From: a virus
Taxonomy: Duplodnaviria > Caudoviricetes
Virus record (IMG/VR): IMGVR_UViG_2595698683_000001
Span: 6,237-70,236 of that record
DNA: 64,000 nt
Strand: one strand, 5' to 3'
The position numbers were made by a program, and so were the translations under genes. Positions 49,627 to 57,674 of this stretch are shown in pieces (the stretch's first letter is position 1; every line of letters starts with the position of its first letter). Under the pieces are notes generated by a model. That model searched no databases and was not told the origin of the DNA. It was given only the letters and a program-made list of their open reading frames with translations.

Positions 49627-50403
49627 ATGACCACAACCACACGACGTAAGACCACGAAGAAGGCGGCTGTTCCCAAGGGGGACGTGCGGGCGGAAACGCT
49701 GGCGCAGTTCAACCGCGAGCTGATCGAGTATTGCGGGCACGATCCAGGGTTCGACCAGCTGGTGCAGACGCTGTTCAGCACGCGGGCAGCCATCAAGCAG
49801 CTGGCCGATGCACGGAAGAACCTGTTCGAGCACGTCAAGGGCTACTACCGGGGCCAGGACGTGGCCGTACCGGGGACGGACTACGTGATTCGGGAGACCG
49901 CGCCGGGGGAGGCCACCACGTACCGGGCGGTGAGCAGTGCCGACGCCAAGAAGGCCGACCCGGCTGCCTGGCGGCGCGCGCAGGTGATGACAGGGTTTGT
50001 GCAGGTGAAGGCCCCGGCGGCGGTGGCTGCGGCCGTGCCGGAGGAAGCGGTGCCGGAGCTGTGCCGGTTGGACAAGGGCGTCGGGCTCACGGAAGCGGTG
50101 GCAGCGTACAAGGAGGCACCGGCCTGGACCAGGCTCAAGGAGCTGCGGGCGGTGGAGCAGGAAACCCTCGGTCGGCTGGAGAAGCTGGCTGCGGACTTCG
50201 GCTGGGACGGCGACCTCAAGGTGTTCGCGGATGGCTGGAGTGTGCAGCTCAAGCGCCAGCAGTACAGCAGTGACGTGCTGGCAGCGGTGGACCCCGAGCT
50301 GTTCGACCGGCTGGCCGTGGTGAAGCTGCGGCAGGCAGCGGCCAGGGTGTACGTCGGCAAGCCCGGCGATGCCGATGGTGCCGAGGATGAGTACGCGGAT
50401 TAG
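49627..50403 (+). CDS. Hypothetical protein
   Basis: 258 aa; TAGTGT 7 nt before ATG. Confidence 0.7.
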   Translation: MTTTTRRKTTKKAAVPKGDVRAETLAQFNRELIEYCGHDPGFDQLVQTLFSTRAAIKQLADARKNLFEHVKGYYRGQDVAVPGTDYVIRETAPGEATTYRAVSSADAKKADPAAWRRAQVMTGFVQVKAPAAVAAAVPEEAVPELCRLDKGVGLTEAVAAYKEAPAWTRLKELRAVEQETLGRLEKLAADFGWDGDLKVFADGWSVQLKRQQYSSDVLAAVDPELFDRLAVVKLRQAAARVYVGKPGDADGAEDEYAD

Positions 50404-50492
50404 CCCCGTCGATGGCGCGCCGATACCGCCGCTGAGCTGCGGTTTTGTGGTGGTACTGGCGCGCCAGCAAATTAGGGGTTATACATATAACC

Positions 50493-50762
50493 ATGGTACG
50501 CATAAAAGGGCGTGGACCCGGCCGTCCACCCGGCCCAGACAAGTTGCTGGTGCCCGTGAAAATGGTGCCTGAGCAGCGGCGACGCTTCAAGGCCATGTGT
50601 GCTGCGAAGGACATGAGTTACGAGCAGCTGATCATCCATTGGATGGATAAAGATGACGCAAATGAGCGTCGTAGAGCCGCACAGCAAAAACATCCGCTTC
50701 ACCAGCCAAAACAGGCCAGTTTCTATCCAGGAGGAGGGCAGCGTGTCCAGCCCCGACAGTGA
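50493..50762 (+). CDS. Ribbon-helix-helix-like DNA-binding protein
   Basis: GRPPGP, beta strand LLVPVKM, then helices EQRRRFKAMCAAKDMSYEQLI. Confidence 0.6.
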   Translation: MVRIKGRGPGRPPGPDKLLVPVKMVPEQRRRFKAMCAAKDMSYEQLIIHWMDKDDANERRRAAQQKHPLHQPKQASFYPGGGQRVQPRQ

Positions 50763-51039
50763 CGACGAGGCGGTGCTTGCCCCGGCCGAATGGACCGGCA
50801 AGCCCGTGGTGTGCACCACCTGCCAGAACGCGGGCAAGCCCGTGATGGGACAGGACGGCTGGCAGCTGCCCATCCACGGAATGCTGGAGCGCACGTTCCC
50901 GTTCCGCATTGTCACCTGCCCCGGCAGCATGAGCCCCGTGACCGCCATGCAGGTGCCTGCGTCCATGGAGCAGCGCATCGAGGACCGTGTGGTCGACGCC
51001 ATGCCCGACCGCGTAAACGACGATTGGGACACCCCGTGA
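50743..51039 (+). CDS. Hypothetical Zn-binding protein
   Basis: GGAGGAGG RBS; CTTC...H...CPGS. Confidence 0.55.
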   Translation: MSSPDSDDEAVLAPAEWTGKPVVCTTCQNAGKPVMGQDGWQLPIHGMLERTFPFRIVTCPGSMSPVTAMQVPASMEQRIEDRVVDAMPDRVNDDWDTP

Positions 51040-51197
51040 AGACCTACGACGTGGACATCAAGGCCAGCTACCGCGTGGAAGCCACCGACATCGACGCGGC
51101 GATGACCAAGGCGTACCGGCTGGCCGACGGCACCGACGAGCCCAGCGAGCAGGCCCGCGTGGTCGACACCGAATGCACGAAGGTGGCCCTGCTGTGA
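51036..51197 (+). CDS. Hypothetical protein
   Basis: GTGA overlap. Confidence 0.55.
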   Translation: MKTYDVDIKASYRVEATDIDAAMTKAYRLADGTDEPSEQARVVDTECTKVALL

Positions 51198-51299
51198 CGC
51201 CCTGGCACTGGGCGGTGCTGCGTGAGCTGCTGGCCCACCCCGAGCGGCGCGTGATCGTGACATGCGTGCCGCCCCAGCACCCGCAGACAGGGCAGCACC

Positions 51300-51737
51300 G
51301 TGGATGAGTGGCCCGAGCTGGAGCGCCTGGCCCAGGCGGTGGACGCCTGGGACGAATGGCCCCTGTCACCGATCTACGATCGCGCGGCGGCTGTCATTGA
51401 CGCAGCGCGTGACGTGGTGGCCAACTACCGCGAGAGCAAGGCGCTGATCGAGCACTACAAGAACATGCCGCCGATCACGCTGGACACGCTGCGCCGCGAG
51501 GGCCTGGTAACCGAGGCCCAGTATCGGCGTCAGGTGGGGCTGCCGCCTGCGCCCGAACAGGGCGTGAAGGCGTGCATCGAAATTCCGGTGCCCGAGGGCT
51601 ACGACGAGGGCGATGATCCCGTAGTGCGCCATGCCCGCAAGGTGTGGGACGACTTCGGCCAGGCCATGCAGCCCGGCCATCCCACCGTGCACGTGCCCAG
51701 GGAGGAGCCGGGAGGTGATCGACCGCGTGACCATTGA
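51300..51737 (+). CDS. Hypothetical protein
   Basis: ORF track; typical codon usage. Confidence 0.6.
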   Translation: MDEWPELERLAQAVDAWDEWPLSPIYDRAAAVIDAARDVVANYRESKALIEHYKNMPPITLDTLRREGLVTEAQYRRQVGLPPAPEQGVKACIEIPVPEGYDEGDDPVVRHARKVWDDFGQAMQPGHPTVHVPREEPGGDRPRDH

Positions 51738-51915
51738 GCACCAGCGCGGCACCCAGCCCGTGGTCCGCAGCCGCGTGGACCAGGCCACCGCCTGCTACTA
51801 CCCCGACAGCCAGCGCGTGGTCATCGTCGCGGACAAGGCCAACTTCACCGCCGCACTCGACGCGCTGACGGAGCTGACCCTGGAAATGCTGGCACCCAAG
51901 GAGGCCACGCCATGA
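51715..51915 (+). CDS. Hypothetical protein
   Basis: GGAGGAG upstream; stop overlaps next ATG. Confidence 0.55.
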   Translation: MIDRVTIEHQRGTQPVVRSRVDQATACYYPDSQRVVIVADKANFTAALDALTELTLEMLAPKEATP

Positions 51916-52136
51916 CGCTTACCGCGCCGGGCGGCTGGGCGCTGCCCACCGAATACATCTACGAGTTCAGCGACGTACCGTTCCCTGACCCGCTGGTGCT
52001 GCCCTACTTCACGATCACGCGCGGCGGTATCCGGTACCCGCTGGGGCCGGTGCGGCACTACCGTTGGCACGCCCGTAGCCCATGGGGCAGGCGCATCAAG
52101 CGCGTGCTGTTCGGCGTGCAGTGGATCGACGTATGA
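51912..52136 (+). CDS. Mini-protein homologous to a segment of the major capsid protein
   Basis: AAGGAGG RBS; 25 of 43 aligned positions identical by eye to capsid 4615-4743. Confidence 0.75.
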   Translation: MTLTAPGGWALPTEYIYEFSDVPFPDPLVLPYFTITRGGIRYPLGPVRHYRWHARSPWGRRIKRVLFGVQWIDV

Positions 52137-52360
52137 CCCGGCCCGCGCCCATCATGGAGCTGACCGCCGAGCACGCCGACGGCACCATCTACGCCGACGG
52201 CGAAGGCGACCTCTGGCATCCGTGCCCGTTCGGATGGGTGGTCACCCGGCGTCGGCCGTTCAGCATCGACCAGCAGCTGGCCGCACCACTGCCGATCTAT
52301 GGCCCGTACGTGCCGGTGCTCGGCCCGCCGCAGCCACGTGAGGGACAATCGCACCCATGA
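52133..52360 (+). CDS. Hypothetical protein
   Basis: ATGA overlaps; D.EGDLW and YGPY motifs. Confidence 0.6.
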   Translation: MTRPAPIMELTAEHADGTIYADGEGDLWHPCPFGWVVTRRRPFSIDQQLAAPLPIYGPYVPVLGPPQPREGQSHP

Positions 52361-52950
52361 CGGTCAGCGACGACGACATCGGCTCCATGCTGGACGAGGA
52401 GCTGCTGGCCCGCCGTACCAAGGTGATGTTCCTGCGCAACGCGGGGGCCACCTGGCAGGCCATCAGCAAAGAGGTCAGCGTCAGCATCGCCACGTGCCGC
52501 AAGGACTACCAGGTGGTCTGCCGCGACATCAACAACGAGCAGCCCGCTGACGTGGTGGCCCGGCACCGCGCGGTCATCTTCGACATCCAGCGGGCCAACT
52601 ACCCCGCCATGATGCGCGGCGACAAGGACGCAGCGGCTACCATCCTGCGGGCGCTCGACCGCGAGGCCAAGCTGCTCGGGCTCGACGCACCCACGCGCAT
52701 CCTGGCCGGTGTCAGCGACGTGGAATTCGCCAACGAGGCTGCCCGGCTCATCGAACGCATCACCACGCTGGACCCCACAACCATGAAGGAGCTGAGCCGT
52801 GCCACCAACAGCGCCCCGCACATCATCGACGCAGAACCCGCTGACGTTCCCGCTGACCAGGCGGGTACTGCGCAGGCTACGCCGTTGTCTGGGCCAGCGG
52901 GCGCTGGTGCCGGTGCCGACGATGACGACGACTGGAGCAACATCGCCTGA
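52357..52950 (+). CDS. HTH DNA-binding protein, candidate terminase small subunit
   Basis: LRNAGATWQAISKEVSVSIAT HTH; REAKLLGLDAP motif. Confidence 0.65.
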   Translation: MTVSDDDIGSMLDEELLARRTKVMFLRNAGATWQAISKEVSVSIATCRKDYQVVCRDINNEQPADVVARHRAVIFDIQRANYPAMMRGDKDAAATILRALDREAKLLGLDAPTRILAGVSDVEFANEAARLIERITTLDPTTMKELSRATNSAPHIIDAEPADVPADQAGTAQATPLSGPAGAGAGADDDDDWSNIA

Positions 52951-52966
52951 CCCGCACCACGGGCCG

Positions 52967-53518
52967 GTGACGCACCGCTGCCGCCTTGTCGAGCGGCACG
53001 AAATCACCACCGTTGCCGACGTGGACAGCGTCGATTACGCCGACCTGTACGCGGCGCTGTTCGACCAGGCGCGGGCCTGGCACACCGCCCACGGGCTGGA
53101 ACCCGTCGACCTGGCGCAGATCAATCCCAGGCCCACCACCGGCCCGCTGGCGGCGGTGCAGGCAGTGGTCGGCGTGGAGTGGACCGTCACGGTGGGGCGC
53201 GGCGACATCAGCGAGGACCAGCGCTTGCCGGGCGTCATGGACAGCTGGAAGTGGTCAGCGCGGTTCCACCACTGGCGCAAGGTGTTCAACCGAATGGACG
53301 GACGCCAGGGGCGGCTGCTGGCCTTGCGGGAGGACGGCCGAGCCACGGTCACCAAGCTGTTCCCCGAGGCGACCCTGGCACCCGACCAGCGCCCGCCCTG
53401 GATGCACCGCAGCACCGAGGTGGTCGGTGCCCGCACCGGGCCGGTGGACGGATGCACGTGCCATCTGCCCGGCCCGTTCAAGGACATCTGCCCTGTCCAC
53501 TTCGACGCCGACACGTAG
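52967..53518 (+). CDS. Hypothetical protein
   Basis: Open frame; C-terminal CTC...CPVH. Confidence 0.55.
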   Translation: MTHRCRLVERHEITTVADVDSVDYADLYAALFDQARAWHTAHGLEPVDLAQINPRPTTGPLAAVQAVVGVEWTVTVGRGDISEDQRLPGVMDSWKWSARFHHWRKVFNRMDGRQGRLLALREDGRATVTKLFPEATLAPDQRPPWMHRSTEVVGARTGPVDGCTCHLPGPFKDICPVHFDADT

Positions 53519-53540
53519 GCGGCGCGGTACCATCGCGCGC

Positions 53541-53777
53541 ATGGGCCTCGCTGACCACCGCCACCCCGGCACGCAGCACCTCGTCGCGCTGCTGGAGCCG
53601 AACCCCAATCTCCCCGATCCGTTGCACCACGTGGCCGACGTTGCCGCCTGTATGCGCGACAAGATGCTGGAGCTGCTGGGCGACGGCCCCGAGCTGACCG
53701 CCGGGCTGCGCAAGCTGCTGGAGGCCAAGGACTGCTTCGTGCGCCAGGCCCTGCTCGACCGGGTGGACGACCAGTGA
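53541..53777 (+). CDS. Small helical protein (GLRKLLEAKDCFVR motif)
   Basis: TACCAT 7 nt before ATG; motif recalled from many phages. Confidence 0.7.
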   Translation: MGLADHRHPGTQHLVALLEPNPNLPDPLHHVADVAACMRDKMLELLGDGPELTAGLRKLLEAKDCFVRQALLDRVDDQ

Positions 53778-53992
53778 CCGACGTGCACGTCATCGACAAG
53801 CGCGCCCAGCGTGCGATGGATGCGCAGCTGACCGAACACCTGCGCATCGCCCGGCGCAACCAAATCGCCGCCAACGTGCGCCAGCTGGCCGGGTCGCTGT
53901 GGTGGCAGGGTGCCGCCGGGGGCAACCCCGAGGCGTTCGACACCCGAGCCGACCTGCTGGCCCAGGCCCGCGCCGAGGGCTTGGACGTATGA
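53774..53992 (+). CDS. Hypothetical protein
   Basis: GTGA and ATGA overlaps. Confidence 0.6.
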   Translation: MTDVHVIDKRAQRAMDAQLTEHLRIARRNQIAANVRQLAGSLWWQGAAGGNPEAFDTRADLLAQARAEGLDV

Positions 53993-54588
53993 GCGCAGAC
54001 CCTGCCGACCCGTGCGAGCTTGACGCCGACGAGCCCGACGCCAAAGGCTGGCGACCGGACCACCTGCTGGTACCGGCCATCCTGGCGGGGTCACCGGTGA
54101 CGATGGCCGACCTGTCCCCGGCCGACCGTGCCTGGGCGGTGGCGGGGCTCATGCGTGCCGGGCACACCGCCGAACGCATCCGCGACCGCATGGGGTGCAG
54201 CCTGCGCACGGTGCGGATGGTCAGCGCCTGGGCGGCGACGACCGCCTGCATGTTGCTCCAGGAGGAGTCCGAGCACTTCGCCGACGAGTACCGGATGCAG
54301 TCGCTGGAGGTCGCGCGCCTGTCCCGTGACCTGGCCACCGCCGAGGCCACCGCCGCGCGCTACCAGGACCAGCTGGCCCGCATGATCGACCGGCTCCAGC
54401 TCGACGGGGGCATTCCCACGTTCCCCAAGTGCGGGCACCCGAAAACCAAGTACAACACCTACACCGCGCCCAAGACCGGCAAGACCAGTTGCCGCATGTG
54501 CCACTGTGACGCCCAGGCCCGATACGAGGCCCGCAAACAGCAAACCGCCCCAGCCGACGGGGCCGGGGCGGTCGACGCTGGCGTTTAG
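53989..54588 (+). CDS. HTH plus Zn-ribbon DNA-binding protein
   Basis: GHTAERIRDRMGCSLRTVR HTH, coiled coil, CGH...NTY...CRMC. Confidence 0.7.
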   Translation: MSADPADPCELDADEPDAKGWRPDHLLVPAILAGSPVTMADLSPADRAWAVAGLMRAGHTAERIRDRMGCSLRTVRMVSAWAATTACMLLQEESEHFADEYRMQSLEVARLSRDLATAEATAARYQDQLARMIDRLQLDGGIPTFPKCGHPKTKYNTYTAPKTGKTSCRMCHCDAQARYEARKQQTAPADGAGAVDAGV

Positions 54589-54746
54589 GCGTCGGCGTAG
54601 CCGTGCTGGCGGGCAACGCGGCGGTCGCGGCGGTGGGAGCGCACCTTGATGGCCTTCTTCGCGCCCGCGCGGTACTCCAGGGCGTGGCGGCTGTAACGGC
54701 CGAAGGCGTCACGCTCGTCTGCGGTGGTGGGGTGCTCAGCGCGCAT
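54585..54746 (-). CDS. 53-aa basic protein (absent from the ORF track)
   Basis: GAAAGG RBS; MRAEHPTT...KKAIKVRSHRRDRRVARQHGYADA; own promoter cassette. Confidence 0.7.
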   Translation of the reverse strand: MRAEHPTTADERDAFGRYSRHALEYRAGAKKAIKVRSHRRDRRVARQHGYADA

Positions 54747-54766
54747 GATGTTTACCTTTCAGTGGT

Positions 54767-54827
54767 GGCGGGGCTGTCCCGCCGGGCTGGTGTGAACACA
54801 CTAACCCGCCTTAGTCGGGTAAGTCAA
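54767..54827 (-). promoter_or_regulatory. Promoter cassette copy 3
   Basis: TTGACT-N18-TAGTGT, core CCTTAGT, hairpin 54767-54783. Confidence 0.85.
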
Positions 54828-54858
54828 GATGACCACCGCATGGGCGTAGGGTCGGGGC

Positions 54859-55167
54859 ATGGCCAAGGCACGCAAGGGCTCCAGGCGTGGCGGTGCACTG
54901 CGCGGGGGCCGGTCCAAAATCGCACGTAGCAGGGGTCGCGGCACGGTCGCACTGCACGCCCAGGCGGGCGGCATCGCCACGTTCGCCAAGGGCGGCGGGG
55001 GCGGTTATCGCGGCTTCAAGTCCAAGAAGCAATGGCGCTGGGCCTGGGCGAACCATAAGCCCTGGGCGCGCAAGAAGTCGCACGAAACGGCCGGTGGCCC
55101 CAAGGTGCGCTATCGCCGCCTCCCGGCCAGCAAGCACAGCGGGCACAAGGGTGCACGCACTGGCTAA
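54859..55167 (+). CDS. Highly basic K/R/G-rich protein
   Basis: 102 aa with a single acidic residue; FKSKKQWRWAWA motif. Confidence 0.7.
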   Translation: MAKARKGSRRGGALRGGRSKIARSRGRGTVALHAQAGGIATFAKGGGGGYRGFKSKKQWRWAWANHKPWARKKSHETAGGPKVRYRRLPASKHSGHKGARTG

Positions 55168-55202
55168 GTTCTGATAACCCGGTTATCAGGTGCCGCCAGC
55201 GG

Positions 55203-55703
55203 TTACCCCAGCGCCCCGAGCGCACTGGCCAGGAACACCAGCACCAGCACCGCAGTGAGGGCCACATAGCCCGCCTGCCGCCAGCTGGCCCACGGCCAGG
55301 CCACCACCTCGGGTTCGGCCGTTGCCCACGCTGGCGGGCACCACAGCGCCGCTGTGCCGACACCCTGGCCCAGGCACACCCGGCACCGGTACGTGTCAAC
55401 CAGCCAGCGCATGTCGTGCCGGTAGCGGCACTGGCCGCACCCCTGGCACCAGTCGGCGCTCCCGTCCAGGCACGTCTGGACGCCGGGCTCCACCACGGGC
55501 TTGCCGACCACGGTGCCGTCGTGGGCCAGGCGGGGCGCTGGCTGCGCCACCAGCGGCGTGAACGCAAACCCGTCGGGCACCTGGCGCACGGTGCCGCCAC
55601 CGTGGTCGTGCATGGCCTGCACCGCCGCGCCCAGGCGCTCGAACTGCCGGTCCTGGTCGCGGAAGCCCTTCGCGGCCACGCGGGGCACTCGTCCACCCAT
55701 CAC
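55203..55703 (-). CDS. Hypothetical protein with Cys motifs and C-terminal TM
   Basis: GGAGG RBS; C..C pairs. Confidence 0.5.
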   Translation of the reverse strand: MMGGRVPRVAAKGFRDQDRQFERLGAAVQAMHDHGGGTVRQVPDGFAFTPLVAQPAPRLAHDGTVVGKPVVEPGVQTCLDGSADWCQGCGQCRYRHDMRWLVDTYRCRVCLGQGVGTAALWCPPAWATAEPEVVAWPWASWRQAGYVALTAVLVLVFLASALGALG

Positions 55704-56086
55704 CACACCTCCAGGGGTACGTCGCAGTCGTCGGCGTGCTGGGCCAGGTAATGCGCGCCGCACGTCTTGCAATGGTCTGTGTCGTCGTAGGGGTCGGTGG
55801 CGGCGCGCAGCGCGGCGGTCATCCGCGCACCCTGGCGGCAGCTGCACCCTGGGCAGTGCGGACCCCGTATGTTGCTGCGCCGGTACGTGCCGCCCTCGCT
55901 GCCCGGCACCAGGCGGTCGGCAATCACCTCGTCCTCGGTGACCAACCGGCCGCACTCCCAGCAGGGCACTTTCACCCCGTCGCCGCCGAACCCGGCCTCG
56001 GGGCTCACCAGCCACTTGCGCCGGGCGCGCCGGTCATAGCTGCTGCCGCGCTCATTGCGGTTGCTGCGCCCGCAGATGCTGCTCAC
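55700..56086 (-). CDS. HNH endonuclease-like protein
   Basis: CWECG...ADRLVPGSEGG.Y...NIR..HCPGC; degenerate catalytic residues. Confidence 0.65.
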   Translation of the reverse strand: MSSICGRSNRNERGSSYDRRARRKWLVSPEAGFGGDGVKVPCWECGRLVTEDEVIADRLVPGSEGGTYRRSNIRGPHCPGCSCRQGARMTAALRAATDPYDDTDHCKTCGAHYLAQHADDCDVPLEVW

Positions 56087-56225
56087 TTGGTCACCACGCT
56101 GGGCGGATCGAACACCAGCCGCCACCGGTCACCGACCCAGAGCAGGATCCACCAGTGCCGCAGCTGATGTCGGTCACCGTCGAACAGGCGCTCCACGTCG
56201 GCGCGGCTGGGCACGCCGCTGCCGG

Positions 56226-56504
56226 TCACGTGATGCAGCCTGCATCACGCGCGGCAATCTCGGCCAGCGTCATATCCAGGTTGAACCTGGGGAAGCCTGG
56301 GCGGTGCTTGCCGGGGCCGGTCTGGTCCTTGATCATCAGCACCCACTGGTCACCGGTCGACCGCACGCGCATGGACAGTCGGGCATGGCGACCCTCCTGG
56401 GGCCGGGGCATCACCTCGGCGCGCGTGGGTAGACCGATGGCCACGCCGTGGCGCAGCTCCAGGGTGCGGATGGCGGCGTATTGCCGTTCACCGAGGCTGG
56501 GCAT
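56226..56504 (-). CDS. Hypothetical protein
   Basis: GAGGAGG RBS. Confidence 0.55.
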   Translation of the reverse strand: MPSLGERQYAAIRTLELRHGVAIGLPTRAEVMPRPQEGRHARLSMRVRSTGDQWVLMIKDQTGPGKHRPGFPRFNLDMTLAEIAARDAGCIT

Positions 56505-56652
56505 GGTCGGCCTCCTCACGCTCGCAGTCGTCCAGAATCGCGGTGATGCGGTTCAGCGGCACCACCAGGGCGCTGCCGTATTCGGCGCACAGTTCGCGGA
56601 TGCGCGCCATGGCCAGGCGCTCCGGCGTCAGCGCAAACGGGTCGGTGATCAT
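56488..56652 (-). CDS. Hypothetical protein
   Basis: AGGAG RBS, ATGA overlap. Confidence 0.5.
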   Translation of the reverse strand: MITDPFALTPERLAMARIRELCAEYGSALVVPLNRITAILDDCEREEADHAQPR

Positions 56653-56894
56653 GGGCACTCCTGGCCTGGTCGATGGACAAGATGGCATTGCGCGCAGATA
56701 ACCTCCCGCGCGCCCACGGTCAGCTCGGCCAGGTCCAGGGCGTCGGCGCTGCCGGGGCCACGCCCGTCGTCCCACGGGTCGGGGAAGTCGGCCTCCGGCC
56801 CGCAGCCCAGGCCGGGCAGGCAGCTGGAGCAGCCCAGGGCCTCGCTGTGCGCGTTGTGGCCGCACTTGCGACAGATCACCTTGGGCCGGGTCAT
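56649..56894 (-). CDS. Cys/His-rich small protein
   Basis: CRKCGH, CSSC, CAQCH. Confidence 0.6.
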   Translation of the reverse strand: MTRPKVICRKCGHNAHSEALGCSSCLPGLGCGPEADFPDPWDDGRGPGSADALDLAELTVGAREVICAQCHLVHRPGQECP

Positions 56895-57049
56895 GGCCGG
56901 TCATCCCATCCGTTGCGCTTGCCGCCGATCAGGCACGGTTCGCCCGCCGTATTGGTGTGCTCGGCGAAGCAGCGCTTGCCCTCGTCGTCGCGCACCACGT
57001 CAACCGTCTTGGTGCATACCGGGCACCAGTAGGTGCCGTCGGCGGTCAC
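56891..57049 (-). CDS. 52-aa Cys-containing protein
   Basis: GTGA and ATGA overlaps; CPVC...H...C. Confidence 0.5.
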   Translation of the reverse strand: MTADGTYWCPVCTKTVDVVRDDEGKRCFAEHTNTAGEPCLIGGKRNGWDDRP

Positions 57050-57537
57050 CGCGTCCTCACTACGGCCGTCACGGTGCTGCCGGGCTGGAAGTGCTCACGC
57101 CAGCCGTAGAACTCCAGCAGTGCCCCGATGTCGTCCAGCACCACGAAGCGGTCACTGGCCAGGCCGACGCGCACGTTGCCGACCAGCGGCCGGTCCAGCG
57201 TGGTCTCGGCCAGGGTCACGTGGTCGCGGTGGCAGGGCCTCCACGGTGCCCACCATGGGCGCGCACCCATGGCGGCGACCAGCGCCACCATGGTCTCGCC
57301 GGGGCTTACCTCGGTGGCCGGGTCCAGCAGGGCCGGGGCGGTGGCCATGGCCTGGGCGCGGTGCTGGGCCTGGCGGTGCAGCAGCCACACCCGCAGGATG
57401 AACCCCAGTGCCACGCCCAGCGCGGCGTCCCGCCAGCTGAACTGCCAGCCCAGTGCGGCGTCTGTCATCCAGGCCAGCAGCCCGGCAATGGGGACCACCA
57501 CCAGCCACCAGAACAGCCAGTCCTTCACGGATGCCAC
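57046..57537 (-). CDS. Membrane protein
   Basis: Two N-terminal TM segments. Confidence 0.6.
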   Translation of the reverse strand: MASVKDWLFWWLVVVPIAGLLAWMTDAALGWQFSWRDAALGVALGFILRVWLLHRQAQHRAQAMATAPALLDPATEVSPGETMVALVAAMGARPWWAPWRPCHRDHVTLAETTLDRPLVGNVRVGLASDRFVVLDDIGALLEFYGWREHFQPGSTVTAVVRTR

Positions 57538-57674
57538 GGCTCGGCCCCCGTTCCGGTGCTGACGTTGTGCGTGAAGCACCAGCCGTACCGCTGGCGGCAG
57601 TCCGGCCCGCACGGGTAGCCGCCCATCAGCTGCACCAGCCTGGCCAGCTCGCGGTTCGTCATGTCGGCGTCCAT
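57525..57674 (-). CDS. Hypothetical protein
   Basis: GGAGG RBS, TGATG coupling. Confidence 0.5.
   Translation of the reverse strand: MDADMTNRELARLVQLMGGYPCGPDCRQRYGWCFTHNVSTGTGAEPWHP

Noticed and set aside
51912-52040. Capsid-like segment as a diversity-generating retroelement template
   Set aside because: Differences from the capsid gene are not adenine-specific and no reverse transcriptase is present.
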